From Azolla caroliniana (lineage: Eukaryota > Plantae > Polypodiophyta), in the NCBI GenBank assembly GCA_043228905.1, contig JBHGNT010001419.1:1-8749 (forward strand): DNA of 8,749 nt, written 5' to 3'. Below, in pieces: positions 7,861 to 8,749 of the stretch. The translations under genes were made by a program, and so were the position numbers. Positions within the stretch are counted from its first letter, which is position 1; each line of letters begins with the position of its first letter. Below the pieces are notes generated by a model that worked only from the letters and a program-made list of their open reading frames with translations, searched no databases and was not told the origin of the DNA.

Positions 7861-8749
7861 TGTATCCAACACAAGATGTCGACGATTCTTCGCTGTCCGT
7901 CTCTTCTTTTCCTTTCACCCTCATAGTCGGCACCTTACCCCGATCGCCCTTGGCTACTACTGTAATATATCAGCACCGGGTCAACTCCTTTACTCTCTTA
8001 TACCTTCACAATTCAGTATATCACTCGTTGTTAAACTTCATGCCATACATCCATGTATCGAATACAAGGCTCCATAGTCTCCAATAATCTTCTTGATCTA
8101 GTGAAAACACCACATATCAATAAATAATGTGTGAAACAAATTACACCAGTACCACAAACTGAGTGGTATCACCTTCGAATGGGTACATAGTGGGACATGT
8201 TAAATCACCAAAAGGCAAGACAAACAACAGTCCATCTAGGAAAGAATTTCTACTTGCTCAATATGGCAACATCAATAGTGCTTTCAATTTTTGTAGATAT
8301 GCTCTAAGACCCATCCCATGTATATCATTGAATAAATATGCTTTGCGCATATCCCAATTAAGACATAATGTTCAATATCTTAGAAAGAGGAAAACAATCT
8401 CCGTCTTCCCACATCAAACTATGTGAATTGTGCAAACACTAAGTCTCTTGGTGTCAAATAACAAATTGACAAAATTTCCAAAACAATGTAAAATACTAGA
8501 TTATGAGCATTTAAATGACTAAGCATTATTGATAACAATCCACCATGATGCCACGATCTTCATTCTCCCGTTGTAAATACCGACCTTTTTTACAAAGGTT
8601 GAATGGAAGAACACCCATATGATCTTCGACTTTATTTACTATGTTTGTTGGAATACATCACCATAATATGTGATTTCTCTAACACCGCACTCGTATAGTT
8701 GAACAACATGAAAACAACGCAATTGTATCTTAAAACTAACCAAGATGAC

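Noticed and set aside
7653-8426. ORFs of 144, 99 and 87 aa upstream of the CHCH gene
   Set aside because: No recognisable domain, two start at non-ATG codons, and they overlap promoter-like sequence. Treated as chance ORFs.
7521-8749. Mitochondrial dysfunction motif (CTTGN5CAMG), looked for because an Arabidopsis At12Cys gene is induced by mitochondrial stress
   Set aside because: A by-eye scan of CTTG, CGTG and CAAG sites found no match; a formal motif scan would confirm.

Overview
AT-rich, intron-containing eukaryotic DNA that looks like land-plant nuclear sequence (the lineage is an inference). It carries two convergent, spliced housekeeping genes. On the + strand are the last five coding exons of a CCDC25/Jlp2-family gene (NFACT-R/DUF814 domain plus coiled coil): 145-272, 385-488, 1625-1712, 2829-2890 and 2981-3133, with the 5' end upstream of the window. 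On the - strand is a complete five-exon CHCHD2/CHCHD10/Mix17 (At12Cys-like) mitochondrial twin-CX9C gene of 155 aa: 7520-7487, 6851-6792, 6702-6428, 6329-6242 and 6151-6141. All introns are GT-AG with consistent phases. Most ORF-track entries are exon read-throughs or spurious. The roughly 3 kb between the two stop codons holds a diverged ~185-bp tandem duplication, a 16-bp inverted repeat and a perfect 22-bp direct repeat. I see no clearly novel multi-gene system. The most interesting signals are small: a GNRA hairpin covering an in-frame cryptic acceptor, possible alternative splice sites, and a possibly bidirectional promoter.
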